A stretch of 63,994 nt of DNA, filler included, from Jimgerdemannia flammicorona (lineage: Eukaryota): the NCBI GenBank assembly GCA_003990765.1. It is 3 parts of 3 records of this genome, joined end to end, with 100 filler letters (N's around TTAATTAATTAA, not from the genome) between each part and the next. Parts side by side here need not be neighbours in the genome. Positions count along the whole stretch, not along the records: positions 43,054 to 63,994 come from RBNJ01001562.1; 2 more parts are not named here. One strand, 5' to 3'. The position numbers were made by a program, and so were the translations under genes. This document shows positions 62,101 through 63,994 of this stretch, in pieces; position 1 is the stretch's first letter; every line of letters begins with the position of its first letter. The notes below the pieces were generated by a model that ran no database searches, had not been told where the DNA came from, and was given only the letters and a program-made list of their open reading frames with translations.

Positions 62101-63370
62101 GGTTGGCATGGTTATTGATTTTTGTCACTAGAGAAGGGAGGTTGGCGCAGTTATTGATTTTTGTCACTGGAGAAGGGAGGTTGGCGCAGTTATCGATTTT
62201 CGTCACTGGATTGACTCTCACTTGCATTCTCATATTCCTTTAGACTTCCTCTAGTATTGCCAGAGTAAGTAGAGAGAGCTTCAGTTTTGGAGTAGTCTGG
62301 AGAAGGGAGGTTGGCATGGTTATCGATTTTTGTCACTGGAGAAGGGAGGTTGGCATGGTTATCGACTTTTGTCATTAAAGAAGGGAGGTTGGCGTGGTTA
62401 TTGATTTTTGTCACTAGAGAAGGGAGGTTGATGTGGTTATCGATTTTTGTCACTGGAGAAGGGAGGTTGGCAGGGTTATCAATTTTTGTCACTGGAGAAG
62501 GGAGGTTGGCATAGTTATCGATTTTGTCACTGGAGAAGGGAGGTTGGCGCAGTTATCAATTTTCATCACTGGATTGACTCTCACTTACATTCTCATATTC
62601 CTTTAGACTTCCTCTAGTATTGCCAGAGTAAGTAGAGAGAGAGCTTCAGTTTTTAGAGTAGTCTGGAGAAGGGAGGTTGGCGTGGTTATCAATTTTTGTC
62701 ACTGGAGAAGAGAGGTTGGTGCAGTTATCGATTTTTTGTCACTGGAGAAGGGAAGTTGGCATGGTTATCGATTTTTGTCACTGGAGAAGGGAGGTTGGCA
62801 TGGTTATTGATTTTTGTCACTGGAGAAGGGAGGTTGGCGCAGTTATCGATTTTTTGTCACTGGAGAAGGGAGGTTGGCATGGTTATCAATTTTTGTCACT
62901 GGATTGACTCTCACTTGCATTCTCATATTCCTTTAGACTTTCTCTAGTATTGCTAGAGTAAGTAGAGAGAGCTTCAGTTTTGGAGTAGTCTGGAGAAGGA
63001 AGGTTGGCATGGTTATCAATTTTTGTCACTGGAGAAGGGAGGTTGGCATGGTTATCGATTTTTGTCACTAGAGAAGGGAGGTTGGCGCAGTTATCGATTT
63101 TTGTCACTGGAGAAGAGAGGTTGGCGCAGTTATTGATTTTTGTCACTGAATTGACTCTCACTCGCATTCTCATATTCCTTTAGACTTCCTCTAGCATTGC
63201 CAGAGTAAGTAGAGAGAGCTTCAGTTTTTGGAGTAGTCTGGAGAAGGGAGGAGGTTGGTGTAGTTATCAATTTTTGTCACTATAGAAGAGAGGTTGACAA
63301 GATATTACTGAGAGTTGACTCTCACTTATACTTCTTTATATTTATACTTTCTCTAGCATCTCCAGAGTAG
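59150..63370. repeat. Higher-order tandem repeat: ~91-bp monomer B followed by 1-7 copies of 39-bp monomer A; about 16 higher-order units
   Basis: A = TGGAGAAGGGAGGTTGGCATGGTTATCGATTTTTGTCAC; B = TGGATTGACTCTCACTCGCATTCTCATATTCC...TTTTGGAGTAGTC. Outermost units are degenerate. Confidence 0.97.
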
Positions 63371-63429
63371 GACTGATCTTATATTTCTAAAGTAAGATAA
63401 TACCACCAAGTTGAAATAAGGCTTTGTCT

Positions 63430-63994
63430 GATTGAAATAAGGCTCTGTTAAATTGAAAGAAAGCTATTGAAAAAGCAGTACAGTATTATCAGGATTTTTC
63501 AGATTCTTCTAGTATCTGTGGAGTTGCTGGAAGATTTGGAATTCAGGAAATAGCTTTATGTTGAGCTTTGAAAGATAGAGTCTCTGGTCATTCAGGTCCT
63601 AAAACTATTTTGACTGTTGAAGAGAAAGAAGAACTTGTTGGATATTGTTTGAATATACAACAACTTGGATTTGGCTTGACAAAATCTTCAGTTAATTATA
63701 CTGTCTTGGAGATGGTTAAAATAGACAATATCCTTTTTCTAAAAAAGGACCTGGACAAGCTTGGTGGGAGAGATTTCTAAATGATCATCCAAATATATCA
63801 TTTAGAAAACCTCAAATACTTACAGCAGCAAGAGCTCAAAAAGGCAATTCTATTATTATTCATAATTATTTTGATAAACTTCAAAAGTTGATCAATGAAC
63901 ATTCTCTTACTGCTGATCAGATATGGAATATGGATGAAACTGGATTCAGTATGAAGAGAGAGCTTCAGCCTATTTTATCTAAAAAAGGTGCTCA
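63430..63994 (+). pseudogene. pogo/Fot1-like transposase (CENP-B-type HTH and start of DDE_1), frameshifted, runs off the window
   Basis: 'GPKTILTVEEKEELVGYCLNIQQLGFGLT', then in another frame 'GPGQAWWERFLNDHPNISFRKPQ...YFDKLQKLI...IWNMDETGF'. Confidence 0.9.

Larger units (their letters stand above)
58751..63994 (+). mobile_element. Probable pogo/Fot1-like (Tc1-mariner) DNA transposon: putative left end, internal satellite, then transposase
   Basis: TA|GGGGTATTCTG at 58749-58761 follows an AT-rich tract; subterminal direct repeats (TTTAAGGCC, ACTGGCCTCTG) at 58828-58950; transposase relic at the right edge. The left boundary is tentative because the right end lies outside the window. Confidence 0.5.

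Noticed and set aside
59150..63370. CRISPR-like appearance, and many ORFs with 13-aa repeats (PSPVTKIDNHANL etc.)
   Set aside because: No unique spacers and no cas genes in a eukaryotic context; frequent 1-bp indels break all frames, so the ORFs are by-products of a 39-bp unit.

Overview
Intron-rich fungal genomic DNA, probably an early-diverging (Mucoromycota-like) lineage; the taxon is inferred from gene content, not proven. Two 100-bp N-gaps, each carrying a TTAATTAATTAA linker (21430-21529, 42954-43053), split the window into three segments whose adjacency is not guaranteed. Segment 1 (1-21429) is a transposon nest. It holds a LINE-like 5' end, two heavily C>T/G>A-decayed Ty1/Copia elements, and a full-length 10.5-kb Ty3/Gypsy element (minus strand, ~1.45-kb LTRs, ATAG target duplication) inserted into the second Copia. 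The Gypsy carries a dUTPase plus extra Cys/His-rich sequence between protease and RT. Segment 2 (21530-42953) is a ~19-kb tandem array of six paralogues (three with intact ORFs) of an intronless gene of unusual architecture: acidic variable-number repeats, a CxxCx6CxxH half-cluster, a Zn(II)2Cys6 cluster, and a C-terminal importin-alpha-like ARM tail. These are interleaved with four disrupted copies of a DUF1206-like membrane-protein gene. This array is the best candidate for an undescribed system. Segment 3 (43054-63994) holds ordinary genes (a large Zn-finger protein, a DASS/CitT-DIT-type transporter, ABP1, PCNA, threonine aldolase), then a probable pogo/Fot1-like transposon whose 5' part is a 4.2-kb higher-order satellite. 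All family assignments come from motif recognition by eye; no searches were run.
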